Source of the DNA: Candidatus Latescibacterota bacterium
GTDB taxonomy: Bacteria; Latescibacterota; UBA2968; UBA8231
Direction of reading: 5' to 3'
Assembly (NCBI GenBank): GCA_965215195.1
Contig: CBDCDC010000001.1
Location: 224,001 to 288,000 of the forward strand
Length of the DNA: 64,000 nucleotides
This document shows, in pieces, positions 7,975 through 16,754 of the stretch. Made by a program: the position numbers and the translations under genes. A model generated the notes under the pieces. That model was not told the origin of the DNA and did no database searches. It worked only from the letters and a program-made list of their open reading frames with translations. Numbering within the stretch: position 1 is the first letter of the stretch; each line of letters opens with the position of its first letter.

Positions 7975-9860
7975 TGCCGATTGACCTCAACAGCCTCAAC
8001 GAGAATCAGCGTATCGCCGTATCATGGAACGGCGGCCCGCTTCTGGTCTTGGCAGGTCCGGGTTCCGGCAAGACGCGCGTCTTGACCTTCCGCGTCGCAC
8101 GATTGATTGAGGAACGTGAGGATGTGGCAGCGCTCGCACTCACCTTTACGAACAAGGCTGCTGCTGAAATGCGCGAGCGTGTAGATGCGCTTCTCGGCGA
8201 GCGCATAAGCCGAGCTCGCCTGCACACATTTCATTCCTTTGCAGCCGCCATCCTGCGTCAGCACGGAAGTCATTTGGGACTGCGGCCCGACTTCAGTTTG
8301 ATCACGCAAGACCAAGACCGTATCGCTATCCTCGACGAGATTGTAGCTAAGTTGCCCGATTATGAAACTCCATTGCCGACGGATCGCAAAAATCTCCTCA
8401 GCCTTATTGACCGCCTTTTTGCCGAGTCCTATGACGGAAATAAGAACGCACCATCGCTCATTCATACGCCAGATTGGCTCCCTCATCTCTTCGTGCGCTA
8501 CTGCGACACCCTCTTGGCCAGTAACCGACTCGACTTCGGAAGTTTGCTTCACTTCGCTCGCCTACTTCTAGAGAAGAATCCGGGCATCGCACGAGTGGTG
8601 CGAGTCGGTTGGACCCACGTTTGTGTTGATGAATTCCAAGACACCAACAAGGCGCAGTACGATTTGCTCCGGCTAGTCGCGCCCGACGAGCAACACAACC
8701 TCTTCGTGGTTGGGGACGACGATCAGATCATCTATCAATGGAATGGTGCCAGTCCGGAACGGCTCAAGCATCTGCGGCGGGACTACGCGATGGACGTGGT
8801 CCAGCTTCCAGAATGCTATCGCTGTCCTGCGCCCATCATCGAACTCGCCAATCTCCTGATTGCTCACAATCGCGTACGTACTCCGGGCAAGAAACCTATC
8901 ATAGCCAGCGGTACGACGGACTTGCATAGCAATCCTGTTCGTTATGGTGCCTTCGCGTCGCCTGAGGCAGAAGCGGAGTTCATCCCAAAGGATATTCGAG
9001 CTCGTGGTCTTCGTGCTGCAGATTGCGTGGTTTTGGGGCGAACCGCGAAGTTGATTGATCGTGCAGCAGACGCTCTGCGGGACGCCAGTTATAAAGCATA
9101 TCTGACACGACGAAAGAGCGAATTCGAGTCGGCACCCGTATGTGTGATGGTCAATGCTCTCCGTCTGGCCAATGCGCGTCATGACCGCGACATCCTGAGG
9201 CGGCTTTGCCTAGCGTGGGAGAGACTGGCTGATCAGCCACTTGAGGCCGATGCTGTGGCTGCAGCGGCAACGCTCACGGGCGGAGATTTCTTGCGTGCGT
9301 GGGCCGACGCGGCATCCGTAACTGCAACAGGATGTGCTGAGGCTGCAGTAAGCCGTATTCGCTCGGATCTGGTGGATTCGCTCGCCTTTCCGGGGATTGT
9401 CAATTGGTTCTTCAACCGAGGCTGGCAGGCATGGAGCAAGGAAGATGACCGAGAGTTCACCGATGAGGTGGAGACTTGGCGCGATCTGCATGATGAGATC
9501 TCCCGCGAGTATAATCACGACGACTTGACCTTGAATACCTACCTCCAGCAGATGGATCTCGCCTCAAAGATGCCTCGCCCAGGACCGGACGCAGTACGCT
9601 GTATGACCGTGCATGGAGCGAAGGGGCTCGAGTTCAAGCACGTCTATCTGCTCGGCATGGCGCAAGAGGTGCTTCCGTCCTTCCAAGCACTGTGCAAGGG
9701 AATAACGAGCAAAGAGGTCGAAGAGGAGAGAAGAAACTGCTTCGTAGCCATAACGCGGGTCGAAGAAACGTTGACGCTCACGAGATCGAAGCGGTACTAC
9801 GGATATCCGAAGAAGCCATCTCAGTTCTTGGCCGAGATGGGAATAGGAGACGACAAATGA
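7971..9860 (+). CDS. UvrD/Rep-family SF1 helicase, GajB-like
   Basis: AGPGSGKT, TFTNKAA, TFHSF, VDEFQD, VGDDDQIIY, TVHGAKGLEF, EERRNCFVAITR. Overlaps the OLD gene stop. Confidence 0.9.
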   Translation: MMPIDLNSLNENQRIAVSWNGGPLLVLAGPGSGKTRVLTFRVARLIEEREDVAALALTFTNKAAAEMRERVDALLGERISRARLHTFHSFAAAILRQHGSHLGLRPDFSLITQDQDRIAILDEIVAKLPDYETPLPTDRKNLLSLIDRLFAESYDGNKNAPSLIHTPDWLPHLFVRYCDTLLASNRLDFGSLLHFARLLLEKNPGIARVVRVGWTHVCVDEFQDTNKAQYDLLRLVAPDEQHNLFVVGDDDQIIYQWNGASPERLKHLRRDYAMDVVQLPECYRCPAPIIELANLLIAHNRVRTPGKKPIIASGTTDLHSNPVRYGAFASPEAEAEFIPKDIRARGLRAADCVVLGRTAKLIDRAADALRDASYKAYLTRRKSEFESAPVCVMVNALRLANARHDRDILRRLCLAWERLADQPLEADAVAAAATLTGGDFLRAWADAASVTATGCAEAAVSRIRSDLVDSLAFPGIVNWFFNRGWQAWSKEDDREFTDEVETWRDLHDEISREYNHDDLTLNTYLQQMDLASKMPRPGPDAVRCMTVHGAKGLEFKHVYLLGMAQEVLPSFQALCKGITSKEVEEERRNCFVAITRVEETLTLTRSKRYYGYPKKPSQFLAEMGIGDDK

Positions 9861-9897
9861 CGTGTTGGCTTCCGGCCTCCGGCACCCCACCGCCCCC

Positions 9898-10150
9898 ACT
9901 CGACGTCCACGACCTGAGCATACGCATCGCCCGCGACGAAGGCGTGGTGCGGCCGCTCAACGGCGTCAGCTTCCGCATCAACGCCGGCCAAGCCGTGGGC
10001 ATCGTCGGCGAAAGCGGTTGCGGCAAGACCATGACGTCCAACGCCCTGCTGCGGATTTTGCCGCCAGCAGCCGAGATTACCAGCGGCCACATCCGCTATC
10101 GCCGCAAGCTGGACGAGCGCGAGATCGACTTGGCGGCACTCGACGCGCAC
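9898..10150 (+). repeat. Partial duplicate (about 253 bp) of the 5' end of the ABC ATPase gene at 11020-11272
   Basis: Direct comparison shows near identity, about 6 substitutions, at an offset of 1122 bp. Confidence 0.9.
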
Positions 10151-10317
10151 CCGTGGTTAGCTGGGGAGTGCTGCTGCAAAAGGCGCAGAACTTTCAGGCC
10201 GTAGCCATGGCGCCGTGGCTGTTGCTGCCCGGGCTTTTCGTGGTCATCGCGGTGTTGGCTTTCAACGTGGTGGGCGATGGGATGCGCGATGCGGCCGATC
10301 CGTATGCTAGCCATTAG
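10145..10317 (+). pseudogene. 3' fragment of a dppC/oppC-type peptide ABC permease
   Basis: APVVSWGVLLQKAQ...PWLLLPGLFVVIAVLAFNVVGDGMRDAADPY* is the typical OppC C-terminus. The 5' part is missing. Confidence 0.8.
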
Positions 10318-10387
10318 TTGCCTTTTGGCGGGGCGAGAAAACTTCGGCCCAGCGAATCTTTGTAGCCATTTTCCTTTTGGTGGGTAT

Positions 10388-10486
10388 ATGTCTCGTACCA
10401 ACGTAAATATCGACGATCAGGCGTGTGGTGCTCGAGGTCGCACGTGTGGCTGTTGGCCTTATGACAACCGGGCCAGTTGGTGTTAA
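10388..10486 (+). pseudogene. VapB-like antitoxin N-terminal remnant
   Basis: MSRTNVNIDDQAC resembles the RTNIDIDD start of RHH VapB antitoxins. Similarity is lost after about 13 codons. Confidence 0.45.
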
Positions 10487-10523
10487 TTCAATCTTGAAAC
10501 GTGCTTGAATAATCTGAGCAGAA

Positions 10524-10802
10524 ATGAATAATGACACGCCAGCCGAATCGGGGAAACTGGAATATACCAAGCACGCGGTTCATGCGATGGCCGAACGAAT
10601 GATCCCCATGGAGTGGGTCGAACTGGTAGTAGCCGAACCGGCGTTGCACATGCCCGATCCAAACGACCCCGAGGTAGAGCGTTTTTTCCGTTCTATCCCA
10701 CAACGGGACAACCGAATACTGCGCGTTGCTGTCAACACCCACGTTGCACCCTGGCGGGTGGTGAGCGTATTTTTTGACCGAAACATGAAAGGAAAATTAT
10801 GA
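10524..10802 (+). CDS. DUF4258-family putative toxin
   Basis: YTKHAVHAMAERMI...RILRVAVN...VVSVFFDR pattern. Coupled to the next gene (ATGA/TAA overlap). Confidence 0.75.
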   Translation: MNNDTPAESGKLEYTKHAVHAMAERMIPMEWVELVVAEPALHMPDPNDPEVERFFRSIPQRDNRILRVAVNTHVAPWRVVSVFFDRNMKGKL

Positions 10803-10999
10803 AACTGCATGTCGATAAAAAAGCTGACGCACTCTACCTGCGCCTCGATGATTCTGCCATCGTCGAGTCCGAAGAGGTCTCGCCGGGAGTAGTGCTCGAT
10901 TACAACGAATCGAACGAAGTGGTGGGTGTGGAAATGCTCTATCTATCGAAACGCTCGTCCAATCTGAATCTCTCCGCCTTGAAATTCGAGACCGCTTAG
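10799..10999 (+). CDS. DUF2283-family putative antitoxin
   Basis: DKKADALYLRL...ESEEVSPGVVLDYNESNEVVGVE. Confidence 0.85.
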   Translation: MKLHVDKKADALYLRLDDSAIVESEEVSPGVVLDYNESNEVVGVEMLYLSKRSSNLNLSALKFETA

Positions 11000-11005
11000 C
11001 CACTT

Positions 11006-12010
11006 ATGACCTCTCCCCTACTCGACGTCCACGACCTGAGCGTGCGCATCGCCCGCGACGAAGGCGTGGTGCGGCCGCTCAACGGCGTCAGCTTCCGCAT
11101 CAACACCGGCCAAGCCGTGGGCATCGTCGGCGAAAGCGGTTGCGGCAAGACCATGACGTCCAACGCCCTGCTGCGGATTTTGCCGGCGGCGGCCGAGATT
11201 ACCAGCGGCCACATCCGCTATCGCCGCAAGCTGGACGAGCGCGAGATCGACTTGGCGGCACTCGACGCGCACAGCGACGAGATGCACCAGATCCGGGGCG
11301 GCGACATTTCCATGATCTTCCAAGAACCGATGACCGCGTTCTCGCCGGTTCACACCATTGGCAACCAAATCGCCGAGATGATCCAACTCCACGACTCCCT
11401 GTCCTCCCAAGCGACGCAACAGCGGGTCGTGGAGCTGTTGCATTTAGTCGGCATCCCCGAGCCACAGGACCGCGCCGATGACTATCCCTTCCAGCTTTCC
11501 GGCGGCATGCGCCAGCGAGCGATGATTGCCATGGCGCTGGCGAGCAATCCGCGACTTTTGATCGCCGACGAACCGACCACGGCCCTCGACGTGACCGTGC
11601 AGGCGCGGGTGCTTAAACTGATCCAGCGCCTGCAGCGCGAGCTAGGGCTGGCGCTCATGCTGATTACCCACGATCTAGGCGTGATCGCGCACACGGTCGA
11701 ATACGTCTATGTGATGTACATGGGGCGAATCGTCGAAGAGGGGCCAGTAGCCGCAATTTTCGACCGCCCGGCCCACCCTTATACCGCGGCCCTGTTGCAA
11801 TCCATCCCCAGCCTGACGGGCAAACGCCGGCGCATCGAGCCGATTGAGGGCAGCGTCCCCAGCGCGTACGCCCTGCCCGAGGGATGCCCCTTCCACACCC
11901 GCTGTACACAAAAGGTCGGCCCCATCTGCCAGCAGCAAATGCCGGCGTCGGCCCAAGTGGGCCCGCACCACCGCGCCCGTTGTTTCATTCACACTCAAGA
12001 AGGGGACTAG
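11006..12010 (+). CDS. oppD: Oligopeptide/dipeptide ABC transporter ATP-binding protein (OppD/DppD)
   Basis: [43 protein letters not shown]. Confidence 0.92.
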   Translation: MTSPLLDVHDLSVRIARDEGVVRPLNGVSFRINTGQAVGIVGESGCGKTMTSNALLRILPAAAEITSGHIRYRRKLDEREIDLAALDAHSDEMHQIRGGDISMIFQEPMTAFSPVHTIGNQIAEMIQLHDSLSSQATQQRVVELLHLVGIPEPQDRADDYPFQLSGGMRQRAMIAMALASNPRLLIADEPTTALDVTVQARVLKLIQRLQRELGLALMLITHDLGVIAHTVEYVYVMYMGRIVEEGPVAAIFDRPAHPYTAALLQSIPSLTGKRRRIEPIEGSVPSAYALPEGCPFHTRCTQKVGPICQQQMPASAQVGPHHRARCFIHTQEGD

Positions 12011-12014
12011 CCCA

Positions 12015-13028
12015 ATGTCCACAGGGGCCGAAAACATCCTCCTGCAAGTGCGAGGGTTAAAAAAGCACTTTCCCGTGCGCCGGGGGCTTTTACAGCGACA
12101 AACGGGTTGGGTAAAGGCCGTGGATGGCGTTAGCTTCGCGCTCGCCGAGGGCAAAATTTTGGGGCTGGTCGGCGAGAGCGGCTGCGGCAAGACCACCACC
12201 GGGCGGATGATTCTCCGCGCCTTGGACCCGACCGCCGGGAAGATCCTCTTTCGGCAGCAGAGCGGTCAGGTCTTAGACATGGCCCAGCTCGGCCGGCGCG
12301 AAGTCGTCCAAGCCCGCCGGCAGATGCAGATGATTTTCCAAGACCCGTACTCGTCCCTAAATCCGCGGATGCCGGTGCGCGACCTCATCGCCGAGCCGCT
12401 GCGGGCTTATGGCTGGTCGCCGCACGACAGCCACGAGCGCGTGGGCGAGCTGATGGAGCGGGTGGGGCTAGACCCCAGATATGCGCGCCGCTATCCGCAC
12501 GCCTTCTCGGGCGGCCAGCGGCAGCGCATCGGCATTGCCCGCGCCTTGGCCTTGAGCCCGTCGCTCATCGTCGCCGACGAGCCGGTCTCCGCACTCGACG
12601 TCAGCGTACAAGCGCAAATTCTCAACTTGCTCCGCCAATTGCAGGCCGACCTCGACCTCACCTTGCTCTTTATCGCCCACGACCTGAGCGTGGTGCGCTA
12701 TCTGTGCGACGAAGTGGCCGTCATGTACCAAGGCCGGATCGTGGAACAGGCCGCCACCGAGGCCCTCTTTACCCAACCGCAACATCCCTATACGGCCATG
12801 TTGCTAGAGGCCGCGCCCGCGCCCGACCCCCACGCCTCGTGGATGGAGGCCGACGAAGACGCCAGCGAGGCGGGTGAGCCAACGCCGGCGGGCGACCAAG
12901 GGTGCGCGTTTGCGCCGCGCTGCCGCTACCAAAGCGACCTGTGCAGCCAGCAGATGCCGGCGCTGGAGGGCGAGTCGCATCTGGCCGCCTGCCACCACAA
13001 AGACGAGCTGGAACTGCAGGGCGTGTAG
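12015..13028 (+). CDS. oppF: Oligopeptide/dipeptide ABC transporter ATP-binding protein (OppF/DppF)
   Basis: [44 protein letters not shown]. Confidence 0.92.
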   Translation: MSTGAENILLQVRGLKKHFPVRRGLLQRQTGWVKAVDGVSFALAEGKILGLVGESGCGKTTTGRMILRALDPTAGKILFRQQSGQVLDMAQLGRREVVQARRQMQMIFQDPYSSLNPRMPVRDLIAEPLRAYGWSPHDSHERVGELMERVGLDPRYARRYPHAFSGGQRQRIGIARALALSPSLIVADEPVSALDVSVQAQILNLLRQLQADLDLTLLFIAHDLSVVRYLCDEVAVMYQGRIVEQAATEALFTQPQHPYTAMLLEAAPAPDPHASWMEADEDASEAGEPTPAGDQGCAFAPRCRYQSDLCSQQMPALEGESHLAACHHKDELELQGV

Positions 13029-13224
13029 CCTTGGGTCTATGCGGCTCTCGTCGAAAGCGGCTTTGAGAAGCGCGGCGAGATCATCCGCCTAGTACAGACG
13101 CTGCGGGGTGGCGACCGCCCCAAAATTTGCAGACAAGCCTGTTCGGCTGAAGACGCTTACGGCTCGGCTAGGATGGCGCGATGGTGCCCGACCCCGGCGT
13201 CGGGCAGCCGTCTGGACGCGGGGG

Positions 13225-14055
13225 TTAAGCGTTCCCGCAGCGTCGTTCCGCCGTGCGGTAGGGAGCAGGATCAAAGCCCGGATACCGCGTCGCCATCCCC
13301 GCGACAAATTCTTCCGTCCACAGGGAGTCGCCCGGCCGCGGGAAGCCGAGCAGTTCGCGTTGGCGCGGGGTGGCTTCCGCCATGAAGCGGTGCATGGCGG
13401 TGCCTTGGGCACCGCTTTTGTACGCGAACGTGCGACCGCCGTCATAGGGGCGGTCCTTGCGGGTGAAGCCCACCCACATGACCGGACGGTGTCCCGCTGG
13501 CGCAGTGAAATCTGAGGCCGCGTGGCGGGTGAAGACGCTGTAGAGGCACACCGAGCCGCCGGGGACGAGCATCGGCACGGCTTCCTCGTCGGGGCGGCCA
13601 TTGGGCACCATGCGGATCGGGGCCATGCCTTCCTCGACGTCGTCGAAGCAGTAGAAACAGACCAAGTTCATAAAGTCATCTGGCTCGATGATCGGCCCTA
13701 GCGTGTTGTTGCCGTAGTCGATGTGGAAATTGGTCCCGTATTCCTCGCCGGCGTATTTCATGCCTAGGTGGCCCTCGCAGAGGCGAATCTCGCGCGTACC
13801 TAAGACGCGCTCGGCCGCGTCAATCAGATCGGGATGGACGGTGACGTGATTGAGGCCGGCGTGGTCCCAAGGGAAGAGCCTGTGCTGGGGGGTGTCGTTG
13901 CGGCGGTCGTTGGCTAGGTATTGGTCGTAGGGCGGGGCGAAGTGGGTGAAGAAGCCGTCGAGCGCGGCTTGCTGCTCGTCTTTAGTGAGGAAGTTCTCGA
14001 CGATCAGAAAGCCCTGCTCTTTGTACGCAGCGAGTTGGGCGTCGGTGATGTGCAT
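13225..14055 (-). CDS. Phytanoyl-CoA dioxygenase (PhyH) family Fe(II)/2OG dioxygenase
   Basis: QLAAYKEQGFLIVENFL start, HxD (FHIDY), distal His (TRHAAS). Confidence 0.85.
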   Translation of the reverse strand: MHITDAQLAAYKEQGFLIVENFLTKDEQQAALDGFFTHFAPPYDQYLANDRRNDTPQHRLFPWDHAGLNHVTVHPDLIDAAERVLGTREIRLCEGHLGMKYAGEEYGTNFHIDYGNNTLGPIIEPDDFMNLVCFYCFDDVEEGMAPIRMVPNGRPDEEAVPMLVPGGSVCLYSVFTRHAASDFTAPAGHRPVMWVGFTRKDRPYDGGRTFAYKSGAQGTAMHRFMAEATPRQRELLGFPRPGDSLWTEEFVAGMATRYPGFDPAPYRTAERRCGNA

Positions 14056-14058
14056 CTA

Positions 14059-14970
14059 TTACTTGTCGGCGTAGATCGCCACAATGCGCTGCAACAGGTC
14101 TAGGGCCTGCCCGCGCTCGCGCTGGAAGGCGTTGCGGCCAATGATGGAGCCAAAGCCGCCGCCAGCGCGGATGCCGGTGATTTCCTCGATGATTTCCCCC
14201 TCGCCCTTGGCCGGGCCGCCAGAAAAGATCACCACGCGCCGCCCGTTGAACGCCGCTTGCACCACGTGAGCCACGCGCTCGGCCAAGGTGCTGGCTGGCA
14301 CATCCGCGTACGCCTTGCGGGCTTCGTCCTGCTCAATGTGGGCCGTAGGCGGTTTGACCTTGATGACATGGGCCCCTAGCTGGGCGGCGATTTGGGCGGC
14401 GTACGCAGTGACGTCGAGCGCGGTCTCCCCGTCCTTGCTCAAGTCCGTGCCGCGCGGATAGGACCACACCACCACGACCAAACCGTGCCGCTTGGCCTCT
14501 TCGGCTAGGGCTTGCAGCTTTTCGTACATCTCCTGCCGCAGGGCCGAACCCGGATAGACCGTGTAGCCGATGCCAACGCAACCCAAGCGCAGGGCAGCGG
14601 CGATGGACCCGGTGAGCGACTGAGCGGGGTCTGCGTCGGAGTGGAGGTTTTCTCGGTTGTTGAGCTTGAGGATCAGCGGCAGATCGCCGGCAAAGTCGCG
14701 TGCGCCGGCTTCGAGGAACCCGAGCGGGGCGGCGTATGCACTGAGGCCGGCCGCGATGGCCAGCTCAAAGTGATAGCGCGGATCGTACGCCGGCGGGTTG
14801 GGGGCGAAGCTGCGCCCAGGGCCGTGCTCAACGCCCTGATCTACCGGCAGAATGACTAGCTTGCCCGTGCCGCCGAGTGCGCCGTGGTTGAGCAGGCGCG
14901 CCAAGTTGGTCAAGGTGCCAGGGTTGTCGCTGCCATACCAGCCTAGGATTTCGCGGATGCGCTCTTGCAT
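14059..14970 (-). CDS. fbaB: Class I fructose-bisphosphate aldolase
   Basis: ILPVDQGVEHGP, WSYPRG, GAHVIKVKPP, FSGG, GSIIGRNAFQR. Confidence 0.92.
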   Translation of the reverse strand: MQERIREILGWYGSDNPGTLTNLARLLNHGALGGTGKLVILPVDQGVEHGPGRSFAPNPPAYDPRYHFELAIAAGLSAYAAPLGFLEAGARDFAGDLPLILKLNNRENLHSDADPAQSLTGSIAAALRLGCVGIGYTVYPGSALRQEMYEKLQALAEEAKRHGLVVVVWSYPRGTDLSKDGETALDVTAYAAQIAAQLGAHVIKVKPPTAHIEQDEARKAYADVPASTLAERVAHVVQAAFNGRRVVIFSGGPAKGEGEIIEEITGIRAGGGFGSIIGRNAFQRERGQALDLLQRIVAIYADK

Positions 14971-15004
14971 CTTGTACCTTTCTCGCTTGAGAAGTAGAAT
15001 TGAC

Positions 15005-15048
15005 AAAAGAAAAGCTCCTCAACCGCGCAACGCGCGCTAAAGGAGCTT
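15005..15048 (-). terminator. Putative terminator downstream of tRNA-Asp
   Basis: AAGCTCCT...AGGAGCTT stem followed by a T-rich tract on the minus strand. Confidence 0.5.
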
Positions 15049-15055
15049 GGCAAAA

Positions 15056-15132
15056 TGGCGGGGACGACGAGACTCGAACTCGCGACCTTCGGCGTGACAG
15101 GCCGACGTTCTAACCAACTGAACTACGCCCCC
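15056..15132 (-). tRNA. tRNA-Asp(GTC)
   Basis: GGGGGCGTAGTTCAGTTGGTTAGAACGTCGGCCTGTCACGCCGAAGGTCGCGAGTTCGAGTCTCGTCGTCCCCGCCA folds as a cloverleaf with GTC anticodon and encoded CCA. Confidence 0.97.
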
Positions 15133-15169
15133 ATGTATTTGAATAAGGTAAAAGCCAGATCAAATGTTG

Positions 15170-15703
15170 TCAATGGATGGCCGCGACTTTGGCCTGTGCA
15201 GCCCCCTCTTTTTTTAATCGCCTGAGTGCGCCGCGCATGAGCTGGCGCTTGAGCGGGCTGAGGTGGTCGATGAAGAGCTTGCCGTCGAGATGGTCGATTT
15301 CGTGCTGGAGGGCGCGGGCGTAAAAGCCTTCGCCCGCGGTTTTGCAGGGCTGGCCATCGAGGCCAATGGCCTCGACTTCGACCCAAGCGTAGCGCTTGAC
15401 GTCGCCGTACAGGTCGGGAAAGCTCAGACAGCCCTCCTCGCCGATTTGCTCGCCCTCGTGGGCTGTGATCTTGGGATTGATTAAGGCCACAGGCTGGCAG
15501 TTGGGCTGGTGGGCGGTCACATCGACGACGCAGACCCGCTTGAGGACGCCGATCTGCGGAGCGGCAAGCCCGACCCCGGCCGCGGCCTGCATGGAGTCGA
15601 AGAGGTCGGTGACGAGCGCGCGGATGGCGTCGTCCACCACCGCGACCGGAGCACACGACTGGCGGAGGCACTGCGCCCCGAACAGCGCAATTTCGCGTTT
15701 CAT
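15170..15703 (-). CDS. def: Peptide deformylase
   Basis: GVGLAAPQIG, EGCLS, QHEIDHLDG. Confidence 0.95.
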   Translation of the reverse strand: MKREIALFGAQCLRQSCAPVAVVDDAIRALVTDLFDSMQAAAGVGLAAPQIGVLKRVCVVDVTAHQPNCQPVALINPKITAHEGEQIGEEGCLSFPDLYGDVKRYAWVEVEAIGLDGQPCKTAGEGFYARALQHEIDHLDGKLFIDHLSPLKRQLMRGALRRLKKEGAAQAKVAAIH

Positions 15704-16749
15704 GCGTCCAAGGGGTCTAATTCGAGGGCAATATAGCGCAGGCCCAAGTCGGAGAGCGTGGCCACGAGGGCCGAGCGCAACTGGGCCGCAGCGAGGCAGG
15801 CGATGGCTTTTGCCGGCAGGCGCAAAACGAGCATCTGGCCGCGTTGCTCGTACGCGGCCGGCAGCAGCGAATGCGCTGCGAGTAGCGGATTGACCCGCGC
15901 AAAGAGCGGCTCGTCGGCACCCGAGTTGGCGATGGAGAGCAGGGCCTCGTTCATGCTGCCGGAGCGAAAGCCGCACAGATCGGCCGTAGTTTGCAGATAG
16001 CCAATTTCCCGCAAGTGCTCCACCAAAGACCGACGCGCCCCCGGGTCGCCCAGCAGGCGCGTCAAGTCCTCAGCGGGCAACTCAATGCGCGACAGGGTCT
16101 CGTGATGGCGGGCGCGAACTTGGGCAAAGCCACAGACCTCGTGCAGATAGCGCTCGGCGCGGTCGATTTGGCGCAGGCCCTCGGCCGTGACCGGCGTACC
16201 GTAGGGAAAGCGCGACGAGAGGCAGGCCATGGCCGGGCGGTCCCACACTGCCAGCCCCCAGCGCTTGGCTAGGGTGCGCACGTCGTCCTTGGTCAGGCCC
16301 GCTTCGGCTAAGGGCGCGTGTACGCCGCGCTCGCGGGCGGCCGCAGCCCCGGGGCGGAAATCGCCGATGTCGTCGGCGTTTTGGCCGTAGAGGATGTAAT
16401 CGACATTGAGAGTGCGCGCTAGCGCTTCCATGTGGACGAAGAGCTCTTGCTTGCAGTAGTAGCAGCGATTGGGCGCGTTTTTGGCGTAGTCGGGATTGTC
16501 CAGCTCGCGGGTCTTGACCACCTCGTGGCGGATGCCGAACTCGCGGGTGATTTCGGTGGCCTTCTCCAGCTCTCCGGTGGCGTAGCTCTCAGAATCCGCG
16601 GTGACGCAGATGGCCCCCGCGCCCAAGACCCGCTGGGCCGCCACCGCCAAGGTCGCGCTATCGACCCCGCCCGAATAGCCGACCAGCACCTGCCCCATGG
16701 GGCGCAGAATTTCTTCGAGGTGAGCCAGTTTTTCGTCTAGGGGAAGCAC
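15700..16749 (-). CDS. larE: LarE-family ATP-dependent sulfur transferase with C-terminal extension
   Basis: PP-loop YSGGVDS, NRCYYCK, DFRPG, ACLSSRFPYG, GFRSGSMN. Confidence 0.88.
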   Translation of the reverse strand: MLPLDEKLAHLEEILRPMGQVLVGYSGGVDSATLAVAAQRVLGAGAICVTADSESYATGELEKATEITREFGIRHEVVKTRELDNPDYAKNAPNRCYYCKQELFVHMEALARTLNVDYILYGQNADDIGDFRPGAAAARERGVHAPLAEAGLTKDDVRTLAKRWGLAVWDRPAMACLSSRFPYGTPVTAEGLRQIDRAERYLHEVCGFAQVRARHHETLSRIELPAEDLTRLLGDPGARRSLVEHLREIGYLQTTADLCGFRSGSMNEALLSIANSGADEPLFARVNPLLAAHSLLPAAYEQRGQMLVLRLPAKAIACLAAAQLRSALVATLSDLGLRYIALELDPLDA

Positions 16750-16754
16750 GGCGG

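Noticed and set aside
15056-15132. tRNA-Asp or tRNA-Phe as the integration site of the defence island
   Set aside because: No duplicated tRNA 3' end or integrase was seen, and the island boundary is at about 9.9 kb within ABC genes.
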